The notes under the pieces are model-generated. The model searched no databases. It saw nothing but the letters and a program-made list of their open reading frames with translations, and was not told the DNA's origin. Below are positions 49,163-58,561 of a DNA stretch of 64,000 nt, in pieces. This DNA is from Infirmifilum sp. (lineage in GTDB: Archaea; Thermoproteota; Thermoprotei; Thermofilales; Thermofilaceae): the NCBI GenBank assembly GCA_041287245.1, contig JBEULP010000117.1, positions 96,001 to 160,000 on the forward strand, written 5' to 3'. Made by a program: the position numbers and the translations under genes. Numbering within the stretch: the stretch's first letter is position 1; every line of letters begins with the position of its first letter.

Positions 49163-49888
49163 GTGAGCTACTATCATCCACTTTCGAAGAAACCATATCA
49201 CGTGTTGGCTAAACCGGGGGATATTGCGGAGCGCGTAATAGTCTCAGGGGATCCTAACAGGGTTGAAAAAGCCTCAACAATGCTGGAAAACAAAAGAGTT
49301 GTAAACACATATAGAGGTTTCCTGGTGATCACCGGGGAGTACAAGGGGAAGAGCATTACACTAGCCACACACGGTATCGGCGCACCTTCCGCAGCAATAG
49401 TTTTTGAAGAACTAGCAATGCTGGGTGCGAAAACAATAATTAGGGCTGGCACATGCGGGGCTCTAAAGAGGGAGGCTGGGATCGGAAGTATAGCCATTAT
49501 CGAGGCATCTGCATACACACCTGGAGGTACGCTTGGAATGTATTTTCCAGGGATAGCTTTCCCTGCCTATTCGACGCCCGAGGTTGTTATACAGCTGGAA
49601 AAAGCAGCTAAAGAGCTAGGCATACGCTACTTTAGAGGAATGGCACTCTCTCATGATGCCTTCCACATGGTTGAGCGTAAAGCCCCGGAATGGGGCTCGT
49701 TAGGAATAGACGTGCTTGAGATGGAATCGGCTGTTCTTTTCGCCTTGGGAAAATTAAGGGGATTTAAGACAGGTGCTTTGGCACTAGTTGTCGATAACAT
49801 GTCAACTGGAGAAGAACTTACACATGAGAAAGAGCGTCTGGAGTTATTAATGGTTAAGACTGCACTGGAGGCGATCATCGCAGTTTAA
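49163..49888 (+). CDS. Purine nucleoside / methylthioadenosine phosphorylase (NP-I family)
   Basis: GDP.R, HGIGAPS, IIRAGTCG and EME motifs. Confidence 0.9.
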   Translation: MSYYHPLSKKPYHVLAKPGDIAERVIVSGDPNRVEKASTMLENKRVVNTYRGFLVITGEYKGKSITLATHGIGAPSAAIVFEELAMLGAKTIIRAGTCGALKREAGIGSIAIIEASAYTPGGTLGMYFPGIAFPAYSTPEVVIQLEKAAKELGIRYFRGMALSHDAFHMVERKAPEWGSLGIDVLEMESAVLFALGKLRGFKTGALALVVDNMSTGEELTHEKERLELLMVKTALEAIIAV

Positions 49889-49907
49889 GAATAAAAAGGG
49901 TCTCCAA

Positions 49908-50489
49908 ATGTATGAAAGATGGGAGGAGCTACGTCGGAGGGCTATCCAGCAGCTGGAAGAGCATAAAAAAGATGGGAGAGTGGATAACGACATCATATGG
50001 CTCTTAGACCTAATTAATTCTACCGAAGAGTATTATACTACGAGTAGTTGTAGCGGCAGAATCCAGGTTTCAGCTGGACTACACCCCGGAGAAAAAGGAA
50101 AAATACGGATACTGGCTAAATGGCATAGGACGATAGAAGCCTATGAACTAAGGCATGTTATAGCAGCATCGAGCGAGGAAAACATCTGGTTTTCCGTGCA
50201 TCCCCCAATTTTTCACATAGCTGCTCGGGATTTAAAAGCAGCGAAAAGACTACTTGTCGTAGCTCGAAATTCTGGCTTTAAACACAGTGGTATTCAAGGT
50301 CTCAAGAAAAGAATAATCGTAGAGATAATGTCTATGGAAAAAATCGAAACTCCACTAAAGCTTAATGGTCGTTTGATAATAGACTATAACTCCTATGAGC
50401 TCCTCTTAAATGTAGCCAATCTATTATTATTACGCGGTAAGGAACGCCTCTCAAGACTAGCTTTAGCCTTCAAAAAGAGTTTTGGGTAA
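49908..50489 (+). CDS. taw3: tRNA wyosine-pathway methyltransferase Taw3 (TYW3 family)
   Basis: TTSSCSGRI, KWH, PPIFH and GFKHSG motifs. Confidence 0.9.
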   Translation: MYERWEELRRRAIQQLEEHKKDGRVDNDIIWLLDLINSTEEYYTTSSCSGRIQVSAGLHPGEKGKIRILAKWHRTIEAYELRHVIAASSEENIWFSVHPPIFHIAARDLKAAKRLLVVARNSGFKHSGIQGLKKRIIVEIMSMEKIETPLKLNGRLIIDYNSYELLLNVANLLLLRGKERLSRLALAFKKSFG

Positions 50490-50566
50490 GTTACTACATA
50501 AATTCTTTTCATGTCAATCCAGAGGAGATCACAAATGTTAGGCTTTCCTTATTATTTGCATTGATT

Positions 50567-50950
50567 TCAACTGTGGCAAGGGAAAAACTTGCAGGTTCTA
50601 CAGCCACATCGTTGAAGAGTTCCTTCCAGCTCAAGGATTTCTCTACTATGAGCCTTAACATATAGAATTTCAACGCATTTTCCCTCAGATGAGTGGAAGT
50701 GGTGTCGGCTAACTATAACATTTTTCCACTCTTCAAGAGAGGATTGTATCTTTTCATGAGTAATAGGTCCGTAGTTAAGGATCATGACACCTTCACACTC
50801 ATGTGGAGATAAGAAGTGGAATTTCTCGTTGATAAAATCCTGTACTGCTAGATTAATAATGTATGACCTGTTTGTGTCTGTAGCCTTAGCTATTCTATCT
50901 ACTTCTTCGGCGAGTTTCGCATCTAGACTAATACCGAAGCGCGCCTTCAT
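50567..50950 (-). CDS. NikR-like ribbon-helix-helix metalloregulator
   Basis: RFGISL...NRS RHH domain, HFH..C.EI metal motif and a Cys-rich tail. Confidence 0.8.
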   Translation of the reverse strand: MKARFGISLDAKLAEEVDRIAKATDTNRSYIINLAVQDFINEKFHFLSPHECEGVMILNYGPITHEKIQSSLEEWKNVIVSRHHFHSSEGKCVEILYVKAHSREILELEGTLQRCGCRTCKFFPCHS

Positions 50951-50952
50951 GC

Positions 50953-51756
50953 TCAACCTCTATCACCCGACGTGTAAAGGCTTACCAGGTAAATTGTAAC
51001 TAAAACTAGCCCGAAGGCTGCCGACGGGGCAAGGTTGACGGCGACGGCAACAAAAAGACCTAGAATACCGGACAGGAGGGCACTTGCTATGCTAATCCAT
51101 AGCATTTCATGGGAGTTGCGCGCAACGGTCAAGGCTATCGCCGAGGGGAGTAACATCACAACATGTTCAATGACAAATCCTACAATCCTGAGCAGGCTTA
51201 CACTAGCGACTGTTAGCAGGGTTATTACAAGATAGTCGTGGAATCTCACATTTATACCATTAAGCTGTGCATACTCTCTGTCTACTCCGATCATAACCTC
51301 CTTTTCATATATTAAGATGCAAAGAGCTGTCAGTGTAAGAGAAATGATTGCGGCTTTAACAACGTCTTCCCAGGCTACGAGGAGCGGGTCACCTAATATG
51401 TATGACCAAAGACTCACCTGCGATGGAAACATTGTTAGGATATAATAGAGCGATGCCACACTAGCACTAGTTGTAAATGCCACGAAGACCGAAGTAGCCG
51501 TGTTCTCGTCGACGCCCCTCTGAATCAAAAACGTTTGAAGATATGACAAAGGCACACTTATGAGAATAGCCCAAAATGCGGGGTCTCCTTTTAACAAGTA
51601 TGAAGCGAGATACCCCAAAGAGACTGAAAGTAATGCTGAATGCGGTAAAGAAGAAGCAAAGAAGTTTAATCTCCTCGCTGTAATAATCGGGCTTAAGGCA
51701 CTAAAAGCTAGAGAAGATGAAACTATTACTATAACCCAGCTAGGATCAATAAACAT
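50953..51756 (-). CDS. Metal (Zn/Mn-type) ABC transporter permease
   Basis: Multi-TM; HSAL, YILGD and D..YA...GI motifs of the ZnuB/MntB family. Confidence 0.88.
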   Translation of the reverse strand: MFIDPSWVIVIVSSSLAFSALSPIITARRLNFFASSLPHSALLSVSLGYLASYLLKGDPAFWAILISVPLSYLQTFLIQRGVDENTATSVFVAFTTSASVASLYYILTMFPSQVSLWSYILGDPLLVAWEDVVKAAIISLTLTALCILIYEKEVMIGVDREYAQLNGINVRFHDYLVITLLTVASVSLLRIVGFVIEHVVMLLPSAIALTVARNSHEMLWISIASALLSGILGLFVAVAVNLAPSAAFGLVLVTIYLVSLYTSGDRG

Positions 51757-51766
51757 TTTTCATCAC

Positions 51767-52519
51767 CTATGCGATAACATGGAGGCATTTTTCTATAAGG
51801 AGAATGTTTTCACCGTATGCTTTGCGGAGAAGTTCGAGTCTAAAGACATCGCTGGGTGAACCGATTGCTTTTATACCTCGGTTAAAGACTAAGACTTTCC
51901 TACTTATCTTAACCGTTAAAACAGGGTCATGAGTTGTTATTAGTAGCATTTTTTTACTGCTTAGCTCGTTGACGATGTTTACTATTTCATCACGCCCCCT
52001 TGGATCTATACCTGAGAAAGGCTCATCAAGTAAGAGAATAGGGGTCTCGCGTGCAAGAGCTCTTGCAATCAATATTCTCTGTAGCTGTCCACCGCTGAGA
52101 GAACTCACCTTTTTATCAGCAAAGTCTTTGGCTTTGACTAAAGAAAGGTAATAGTCGACACGCCTAGAAACATTGTTATCTCTAATTCGCCTTCCGAATT
52201 TAAGAGAGCTCTCTATAAGTTCTCGACCTGTTACCGGATAATTGTAATCCATATTGGAGAGCTGCGGTACATAGCTCATATATTTTCCAGCATCAAGAGG
52301 GTTTCCAGTTACGTCTACCCCGTTGACTAGCACTTTTCCCTTTAAAGGTTTTAACAAACCGAGAAGCACTTTGAAAAAAGTAGTTTTTCCAGATCCGTTG
52401 GGACCTAGAATAGTATAAAGGCCGTATCCCTCAAGGGTGAAATTTTCGTCTCTTAGGATCACATCTGAGTTGTATGCAAAACTTAGGTTAATTCCTTCTA
52501 ACGTTATATTCTCGTGCAT
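51767..52519 (-). CDS. Metal ABC transporter ATP-binding protein
   Basis: GPNGSGKT, YVPQ, LSGGQ.QR, DEPF and THD motifs. Confidence 0.92.
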   Translation of the reverse strand: MHENITLEGINLSFAYNSDVILRDENFTLEGYGLYTILGPNGSGKTTFFKVLLGLLKPLKGKVLVNGVDVTGNPLDAGKYMSYVPQLSNMDYNYPVTGRELIESSLKFGRRIRDNNVSRRVDYYLSLVKAKDFADKKVSSLSGGQLQRILIARALARETPILLLDEPFSGIDPRGRDEIVNIVNELSSKKMLLITTHDPVLTVKISRKVLVFNRGIKAIGSPSDVFRLELLRKAYGENILLIEKCLHVIA

Positions 52520-52627
52520 AATCCCTCAATAAAACTTATATAAATGTGCACATTTATATAATTTGCTCCTATATGACATACAGATATGTGCATAAAATTT
52601 GTAAATCAGCCGGGGTGATGTGCACAT
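52513..52627. promoter_or_regulatory. Divergent promoter with a 26-bp perfect palindrome and repeated GTGCAY boxes (candidate operator)
   Basis: TTATATAAATGTGCACATTTATATAA at 52536-52561; ATATGTGCATA at 52584-52594; ATGTGCACAT at 52618-52627; GTGCAT at 52514-52519. Confidence 0.7.
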
Positions 52628-53516
52628 GAACCGAAGGTTTCTAACAGCAACGTTACTATTTGTCTCCATCACCCTGATATTTGCGTTTTACATTTATAAC
52701 CAGAGTAGACAACACATTGAATCTGCTAAAGGACTAAACATTATAGTAACATTTTACTCCCTGAAGCCTGACATTGAAATGCTCACCTGTAAGGGTGATT
52801 ACGTTTACTCGGTTACGCCTTCTGGAGTTGACCCTCATGAGTATCAGCTTTCACCCTCGGATATCTCTAAATTAAAAGAGGCGGATATCATAATCTCTAC
52901 AGCCCACACTCCATTTGAGACACAAATTAGAGATCTCGTTTCTAAAGGTGAAATCAAAGCTCTACTATTAGAGATCCCAAACATACCAGGTATAAAAATC
53001 AAGCAAAACCCAGCCACTGGTCAACCCAACTACCACTGGCCCATCTATGACCCGGAAAACTACAAGACTTACATAGACTACGTGGAGCAGAAACTCGAAA
53101 AACTTCGGCCCGACTGTGCAGCAGAATACAAAAACCACGCTAAAGCAATTCTGGATAACGTTACCCAGATTCAAACTCAAACTGTTCGTTTAACTTTATG
53201 TGCAGTGGCAACTTCCCCACCTGCACAATACGCCGTCGAGTGGACTGGGCTTCAAGTTAAGTATCTCTTGATAAAGGAGGAAGGCGTGCCAGCAACACCT
53301 CAAGACTTGACCGTGATTGAAAACAGTTTAAAGTCCGGAGAGTGCAGACTCATCCTGATCGTCGGGGCCACGAGTACTCCAATAGCCCAAAAAGCGCTGG
53401 AGCTATCTTCAAAATATAATGTTCCTTATTTGCAAATACCTGATCCTATCTCACCTGATTCTACCCTAAGCAAGATCTCTGCTGTTTCAAATCTACTGAA
53501 AAATTTCAAAAAGTAG
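52620..53516 (+). CDS. Metal ABC transporter solute-binding protein (ZnuA/TroA family)
   Basis: N-terminal TM, DPHEYQLSP and NYHW motifs. Confidence 0.88.
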   Translation: MHMNRRFLTATLLFVSITLIFAFYIYNQSRQHIESAKGLNIIVTFYSLKPDIEMLTCKGDYVYSVTPSGVDPHEYQLSPSDISKLKEADIIISTAHTPFETQIRDLVSKGEIKALLLEIPNIPGIKIKQNPATGQPNYHWPIYDPENYKTYIDYVEQKLEKLRPDCAAEYKNHAKAILDNVTQIQTQTVRLTLCAVATSPPAQYAVEWTGLQVKYLLIKEEGVPATPQDLTVIENSLKSGECRLILIVGATSTPIAQKALELSSKYNVPYLQIPDPISPDSTLSKISAVSNLLKNFKK

Positions 53517-53568
53517 GCTTCCCTGAACCGAAAGTATTTTTCTAAGATTATTTCTCTAGTAAAATGGA

Positions 53569-53617
53569 ATGAGGAGCGCTGGAACTACTGATTTCGTGAT
53601 GTAGGCTACTATCCTGA
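53569..53617 (+). ncRNA. Box C/D guide sRNA
   Basis: C ATGAGGA (53569-75), 12-nt guide, D' CTGA (53588-91), C' GTGATGT (53596-602), 11-nt guide, D CTGA (53614-17); intergenic, typical archaeal spacing. Confidence 0.8.
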
Positions 53618-53704
53618 CCCATCATAGAACAAATGCTTGTAAGATAACTATGAGTGACCGGACGGCAAGAAGATTAAAATTTCACTTTACATGGTACTAT
53701 AAGT

Positions 53705-54625
53705 ATGAGTGAAGTAAATACGAAGAAATTAGGTATACTCTGGTATACGGAGTGGCTAGGCCCACTTGAGGCTCACATCCACGGTATCGAAGAAATACTA
53801 TTTGATGGGCGGACAAGGTACCAGAGGGTTACAATAGCTAAAACAGGCTCTTTTGGACTGGTTCTTTTCCTGGATGGTTATGCCCAAAGCTCTGAGTATG
53901 ACGAGTTCATCTATCACGAGTCTCTCGTCCACCCCGCAATGATAACTCATCCAAAACCGAGGAATGTTCTAGTAGTTGGTGGGGGTGAGGGCGCTACAAT
54001 ACGCGAGGTGCTAAAGCATGATTCAGTTGAGCGCGTAGTTATGGTTGATATTGACCAGGAGCTTGTAGAGCTAGCTAAAAAGTATCTCACCAAGTGGCAT
54101 CAGGGCGCTTTCGATGACCCACGCGTTGAACTTGTATTTGGGGATGGAAAAGAATACATTGAAAACGCAAGGGAGAAATACGATGTAGTAATCCTCGACC
54201 TTACCGATCCGATTAAAAACACCCCCGGCGTCCTCTTATACACTAAGGAGTTTTACGAGAGTGTTAAGAGAATTTTAAAACCTGACGGTGTTATGGTTAC
54301 ACAGGCGACTTCCACAAGGTATTATATTCACGCCTTCGCCATAATCGGCAATACTATACGGACTGTCTTTCCTTACGTCGGTTTATACAAAGTTTTTGTC
54401 CCAACGTTCTACAGCGAATGGGGATTCGCTATGGGCTCCCTTAATAGGGATCCTTTATCTGTCCCACCCGATGAAGTCAAGCATAGGCTCGAAAAGCTGA
54501 ATTTGAAGTATTTAGACGTTGAAACCTACACTTATCTCTTCAAAATACCTAGGTATATACGCGAGAAAATGCAGAGATACACGCAGATCTCCACCCTGGA
54601 CAACCCGCTCGAACTGGGAGAGTAG
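53705..54625 (+). CDS. speE: Polyamine aminopropyltransferase (spermidine synthase)
   Basis: DEFIYHESLVHP, GGGEG, VDID and DLTDP motifs. Confidence 0.93.
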   Translation: MSEVNTKKLGILWYTEWLGPLEAHIHGIEEILFDGRTRYQRVTIAKTGSFGLVLFLDGYAQSSEYDEFIYHESLVHPAMITHPKPRNVLVVGGGEGATIREVLKHDSVERVVMVDIDQELVELAKKYLTKWHQGAFDDPRVELVFGDGKEYIENAREKYDVVILDLTDPIKNTPGVLLYTKEFYESVKRILKPDGVMVTQATSTRYYIHAFAIIGNTIRTVFPYVGLYKVFVPTFYSEWGFAMGSLNRDPLSVPPDEVKHRLEKLNLKYLDVETYTYLFKIPRYIREKMQRYTQISTLDNPLELGE

Positions 54626-54630
54626 CAAAC

Positions 54631-56100
54631 TCATCGTTGGACTCTTGAGAGAAGCCTCCAATAACTGAGGCTTTGACTGATCTGCTCTTTATCGCCGGGT
54701 TTTTCGCGACGCTCAGCAGTGAGAAGGGATGGCGTCTCTTCAACAGTAGAGTACAACTCTTTTTTCTCTAGAATCCTAGTTGTATAGGTCCCCGAGACAA
54801 AGTCTGGGTCTTCTAAAATTTTTAGGAGAAAACTACGATTACTCTTTATACCTCCTATTACTAATTCACTTAGGGCTCGTTTAAGCCTTTTACGTGCCGC
54901 ATCTCTACTAGAACCCCATGCTATTATCTTCATGAGAAGTGGGTCGTAAACCTCTGGAACAGTAAAGCCCTCGTACACACCGCTGTCAACCCGAATCCAC
55001 GGACCTGAAGGAAGGTAGAGATGAGATAATGTTCCGGGAGATGGAGCGAAGTTCGCGGCGGGATCCTCTGCATAAATTCTTGCCTCAATCGCGTGGCCGT
55101 GGAAGGATAGGTTTGATAAAGAATCATCTAAGTGTTTTCCCGAAGCTATACCTATTTGTTGTTCAACAATGTCAATCCCTGTAATCATCTCAGTAATCGG
55201 GTGCTCCACCTGTATCCTCGTGTTAACTTCTAACAAGTAAAATTTTCTCTCATTGACATCAAATAAGAACTCAAACGTTCCTGCGTTAACATACTTGCAT
55301 TCTTGCGCAGCCTTTATCGCTAGGCTTAACACTCTTTCCCGTTCTTCAGGTGTTATAGAGGGAGAAGGGGCCTCCTCTATTACCTTTTGAAATCTCCTCT
55401 GAACGCTACACTCTCTCTCGAATAAGTGAACAATCTTTCCATGCAAGTCCCCGAGGATTTGCACCTCGATATGCTTGGCTCGGGGAAAATACTTCTCAAG
55501 ATATACTTCACCACGCGTGAAATATGAGGAGGAAAGCCTCGCAGCTTTCCTGATGTTCTCTTCAAGCTCTTTGGGATTTGTGGCAATAAACATGCCTATA
55601 CCCCCGCCACCACCCGAGGGCTTCACAATAACAGGGTATCCAATTTCCTCTGCTACGGATTCTGCTTCATGAAGATTAACAGGACGCATTGTTCCAGGAA
55701 TAACAGGTATTCCGGCGCCACTGAAAAATCTCCGGGAAGAAAGTTTGTCACCAGCAAGTTCGAGTGTCTCCGGCGGAGGTCCAATCCACACAAGTCCTGC
55801 TTCTCGGACCTTTCTAGCGAAAGTGGGGTTCTGTGAAAGAAAACCATAGCCTGGATGTACGGCTTCGGCTCCTGTTTTCAATGCAGCTTGTATAATAGCG
55901 TCCATGTTTAGATAGCTTTCCCGTGGCTCGGGGGGACCAATCTTTACTTTCTCGTCTGCAAGTTTTACGTGTAAAGCCTCGCGGTCAGCGTCGCTGTAAA
56001 CAGCTACTGTCCTGATGCCAAGGTCTCTTGCAGTGCGTATTATTCGAACTGCAATTTCTCCCCTATTTGCAATAAGTATTTTTTTGAAATACCCCTCCAT
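54631..56100 (-). CDS. accC: Biotin carboxylase subunit of acyl-CoA carboxylase
   Basis: ANRGEIA, HPGYGFLS, GGGGIGM, ERECSVQRR, EVNTRIQVEHP and RVDSG motifs. Confidence 0.93.
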   Translation of the reverse strand: MEGYFKKILIANRGEIAVRIIRTARDLGIRTVAVYSDADREALHVKLADEKVKIGPPEPRESYLNMDAIIQAALKTGAEAVHPGYGFLSQNPTFARKVREAGLVWIGPPPETLELAGDKLSSRRFFSGAGIPVIPGTMRPVNLHEAESVAEEIGYPVIVKPSGGGGGIGMFIATNPKELEENIRKAARLSSSYFTRGEVYLEKYFPRAKHIEVQILGDLHGKIVHLFERECSVQRRFQKVIEEAPSPSITPEERERVLSLAIKAAQECKYVNAGTFEFLFDVNERKFYLLEVNTRIQVEHPITEMITGIDIVEQQIGIASGKHLDDSLSNLSFHGHAIEARIYAEDPAANFAPSPGTLSHLYLPSGPWIRVDSGVYEGFTVPEVYDPLLMKIIAWGSSRDAARKRLKRALSELVIGGIKSNRSFLLKILEDPDFVSGTYTTRILEKKELYSTVEETPSLLTAERREKPGDKEQISQSLSYWRLLSRVQR

Positions 56101-56105
56101 GGAAT

Positions 56106-56900
56106 CTACCCGTCGGATTTTATCTTGTAGAATTTTAATGCATTTTCCGTGGTTATTTTATCTATCTCTTCGAAAGGAAGCCCCCTGAGCTTAGCAATCT
56201 CCTCTATGACTGCCCTTACTCCCAGAGGGGTATTTACTCCTCCATCAGGGGCTAAAAATGGGGCATCTGTCTCAGTTAATAGAAATTCTAATGGGAAGTT
56301 TTTAGCTATTTTCCGCATGCTCTTGCTATTCGTAACTTTATAATTCACGGAGAAATAAAATCCCATGTCGAGGGCTCGCTTCGCCGCTGTCATGTTTCCA
56401 GTGAAAGAGTGCATCAAAACGTTTAATTTATAACTCGCCAATATCTCTATAGCGTCTTCCTCTGCCTTACGGCTGTGGATAACTACAGGCTTTCTTATTT
56501 TTTCAGCGAGTTCAAGCATCTCGAGGAAAATTTTTTTGGAGCGCTGATACTCCTCCTCGCTCTTTATCCAGAATCTGTCCAGACCAATCTCACCTACAGC
56601 CACTATCTGATCCTTGTTTTCTAAAACGAATTGCTTGTAAAGCTCGACTTCCTGCTCTGTCATCTCTGCAACTTGTGTCGGATGAAGCCCCAAGCTGGTA
56701 AATACTTTTCCTTTAAACTGGTAGCTTATCTCTAACGCCTTTTTAGCATCCTCGAAGCCAGGTTTTTTTGCTTCCTCAAATGGTAGTGCACATGTTACAA
56801 TACCTGTTAGCACTGAGGTGGCCTGGGGAAGTATATCTGGGATTCTCTCTCTCAGACCTGGATAAGTCAGGTGGCAGTGAGCATCAAACACCTGTGTCAA
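56106..56900 (-). CDS. TatD-family deoxyribonuclease
   Basis: DAHCH, GLHP, GEIGLD, HSR and ETDAP motifs; start TTG 56900 or GTG 56891. Confidence 0.92.
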   Translation of the reverse strand: MTQVFDAHCHLTYPGLRERIPDILPQATSVLTGIVTCALPFEEAKKPGFEDAKKALEISYQFKGKVFTSLGLHPTQVAEMTEQEVELYKQFVLENKDQIVAVGEIGLDRFWIKSEEEYQRSKKIFLEMLELAEKIRKPVVIHSRKAEEDAIEILASYKLNVLMHSFTGNMTAAKRALDMGFYFSVNYKVTNSKSMRKIAKNFPLEFLLTETDAPFLAPDGGVNTPLGVRAVIEEIAKLRGLPFEEIDKITTENALKFYKIKSDG

Positions 56901-56950
56901 TAGCAGGTAAATCTTATATTGCTTATGTCGTGAAGAATTCAAGGCACTTC

Positions 56951-57850
56951 ATGATGACTCTTACTCTGCTTCGTTCAAGAATAGACGAGCTAAGAAAAAT
57001 GCTAGATTCCTATATACGTGAGAATCTTTCAAGTGAAATTCCCTCCGAGGATGTCCTATATGCTTTGGAGGGGGGCAAGAGGATACGTGGAACCCTTGCT
57101 TTGTATATTGCCGACTCTCTGGCAGGTAATCCTCAAAAAGCTCTCCCAGTTGCGCTGGCTCTTGAGCTCATGCATTCAGCCTCTCTAATACACGATGACA
57201 TCATTGATAGATCCTATCTGAGACGAGGGAGAGAAAGCTTTTGGAAGAAGTATGGAATAAACTATGCAGTAATATTTCCACACATCATGATAGCCACGGC
57301 TATAAAGTACGTTGCTAAAGCTGGGGCTAATGCTGTTGTGGAAAGTATGGAGGCATGGCGCAGGGCTGCTTACGGGCAGATATGGGATATGCAAATTCTT
57401 GACGGCATAGATCCGGGTATAAGCTATATGCAGATCATCTCGAGCAAAACAGGCGCTGTTTTTGAAGCTGCCTCCGTGCTTCCATTATACGCTTTAGGAT
57501 ACCCCGAGGCAAGGATTGCTGATGCTAGAATGTTTGGCTTAGCTTTAGGCTCTGCCTATCAGATCTTGGACGACCTAGCCGATGTCGAGAAGGAGAGAAG
57601 AGATAGTGGTAGTGTTGTAAAGTTATTGCAAGAGTCAAGAGGAGATCCTATTTCTCATGGTGTGAATCTGTTTCAAAACGAGATAGATAAAATATTGAAA
57701 AGCGCCCTCAAACTTTCATCATCTTTAGCCTTCTTTGCAAGGTATTCCCTGGAGCTCTTTCTACTTGAATGTAAACCACCAACGCGTAAACGTATTTCAG
57801 AAATAATAAGCTCAAGGTGGAGCTATTGGAAGCTACCGGACTACCAATAG
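56951..57850 (+). CDS. trans-Polyprenyl diphosphate synthase
   Basis: GGKRIR, DDIID..RRG (first Asp-rich motif), GQ..D, KTG and QILDDLAD motifs; start ATG 56951. Confidence 0.9.
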   Translation: MMTLTLLRSRIDELRKMLDSYIRENLSSEIPSEDVLYALEGGKRIRGTLALYIADSLAGNPQKALPVALALELMHSASLIHDDIIDRSYLRRGRESFWKKYGINYAVIFPHIMIATAIKYVAKAGANAVVESMEAWRRAAYGQIWDMQILDGIDPGISYMQIISSKTGAVFEAASVLPLYALGYPEARIADARMFGLALGSAYQILDDLADVEKERRDSGSVVKLLQESRGDPISHGVNLFQNEIDKILKSALKLSSSLAFFARYSLELFLLECKPPTRKRISEIISSRWSYWKLPDYQ

Positions 57851-58488
57851 GCCTCTGGCTCTATGTTGAAGAGGTTTTAAAATACCTCTTCGACGCGGAT
57901 ATTTATGAGAAAGCTAACACTATAATGAGCCTAGGTCTTCACAAGGTGCTGAGGAATTGGGTTCTCTCATCAGTTCAAGGACTCATCCTAGATATCGGTT
58001 GCGGCAACGCTGCATACATCCCATACTTAACACGAAAGGCTGACTGGGTTGTCTGTGTCGACCCAATCCTAAGCAACAGACGATACAGCTTTGTAAACCT
58101 AGACAAAATAGTTGGAGTTGCTGAATATCTACCATTTAGGAATCGGGCTTTCGACTGTGCCACGGCAATGTTCAGTTTCCGCGACTTTATGGACAAGGCT
58201 CGCGGCATTTTCCAGATGATGACGGTGGTAAAAAAAGGAGTATTAATTCTAGATCTTTTCTCCCCAGACTACTATCTAACACCTCTGATCTTCTTTTACT
58301 TCGGGTATATTGCGCCTTTTCTCGGCTTTTTGGCTAGTAAAGGAAAGAAGGGTAGGTGGAGTCTTCTCGTACCCACTTTGCTTCTCATGCCTCGTGCGAA
58401 GTTTTTCCAGAGAATAGGTGGGAGGGTTTTAGTAAAAAAGGGAGTTGGTTTAGTTGCAATAGGATACCTTCCTCCACGTAGCTTATAA
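57817..58488 (+). CDS. UbiE/MenG-family SAM-dependent methyltransferase
   Basis: YEKANTIMSLGLH resembles the YD..N..MS.GLH motif of UbiE/MenG; LDIGCG; AEYLPFR..AFD. Confidence 0.75.
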   Translation: MELLEATGLPIGLWLYVEEVLKYLFDADIYEKANTIMSLGLHKVLRNWVLSSVQGLILDIGCGNAAYIPYLTRKADWVVCVDPILSNRRYSFVNLDKIVGVAEYLPFRNRAFDCATAMFSFRDFMDKARGIFQMMTVVKKGVLILDLFSPDYYLTPLIFFYFGYIAPFLGFLASKGKKGRWSLLVPTLLLMPRAKFFQRIGGRVLVKKGVGLVAIGYLPPRSL

Positions 58489-58561
58489 TGACAGAATGGC
58501 CCTGGATGCATTAATATTACAATAAACTTATATAACGTGAATTAGATTGTAAAATGTTAGT

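Noticed and set aside
56768..56950. Long N-terminal extensions of the prenyl synthase and TatD ORFs overlapping head-to-head
   Set aside because: Artefact of longest-ORF calling; downstream starts (56951 and about 56900) remove the overlap
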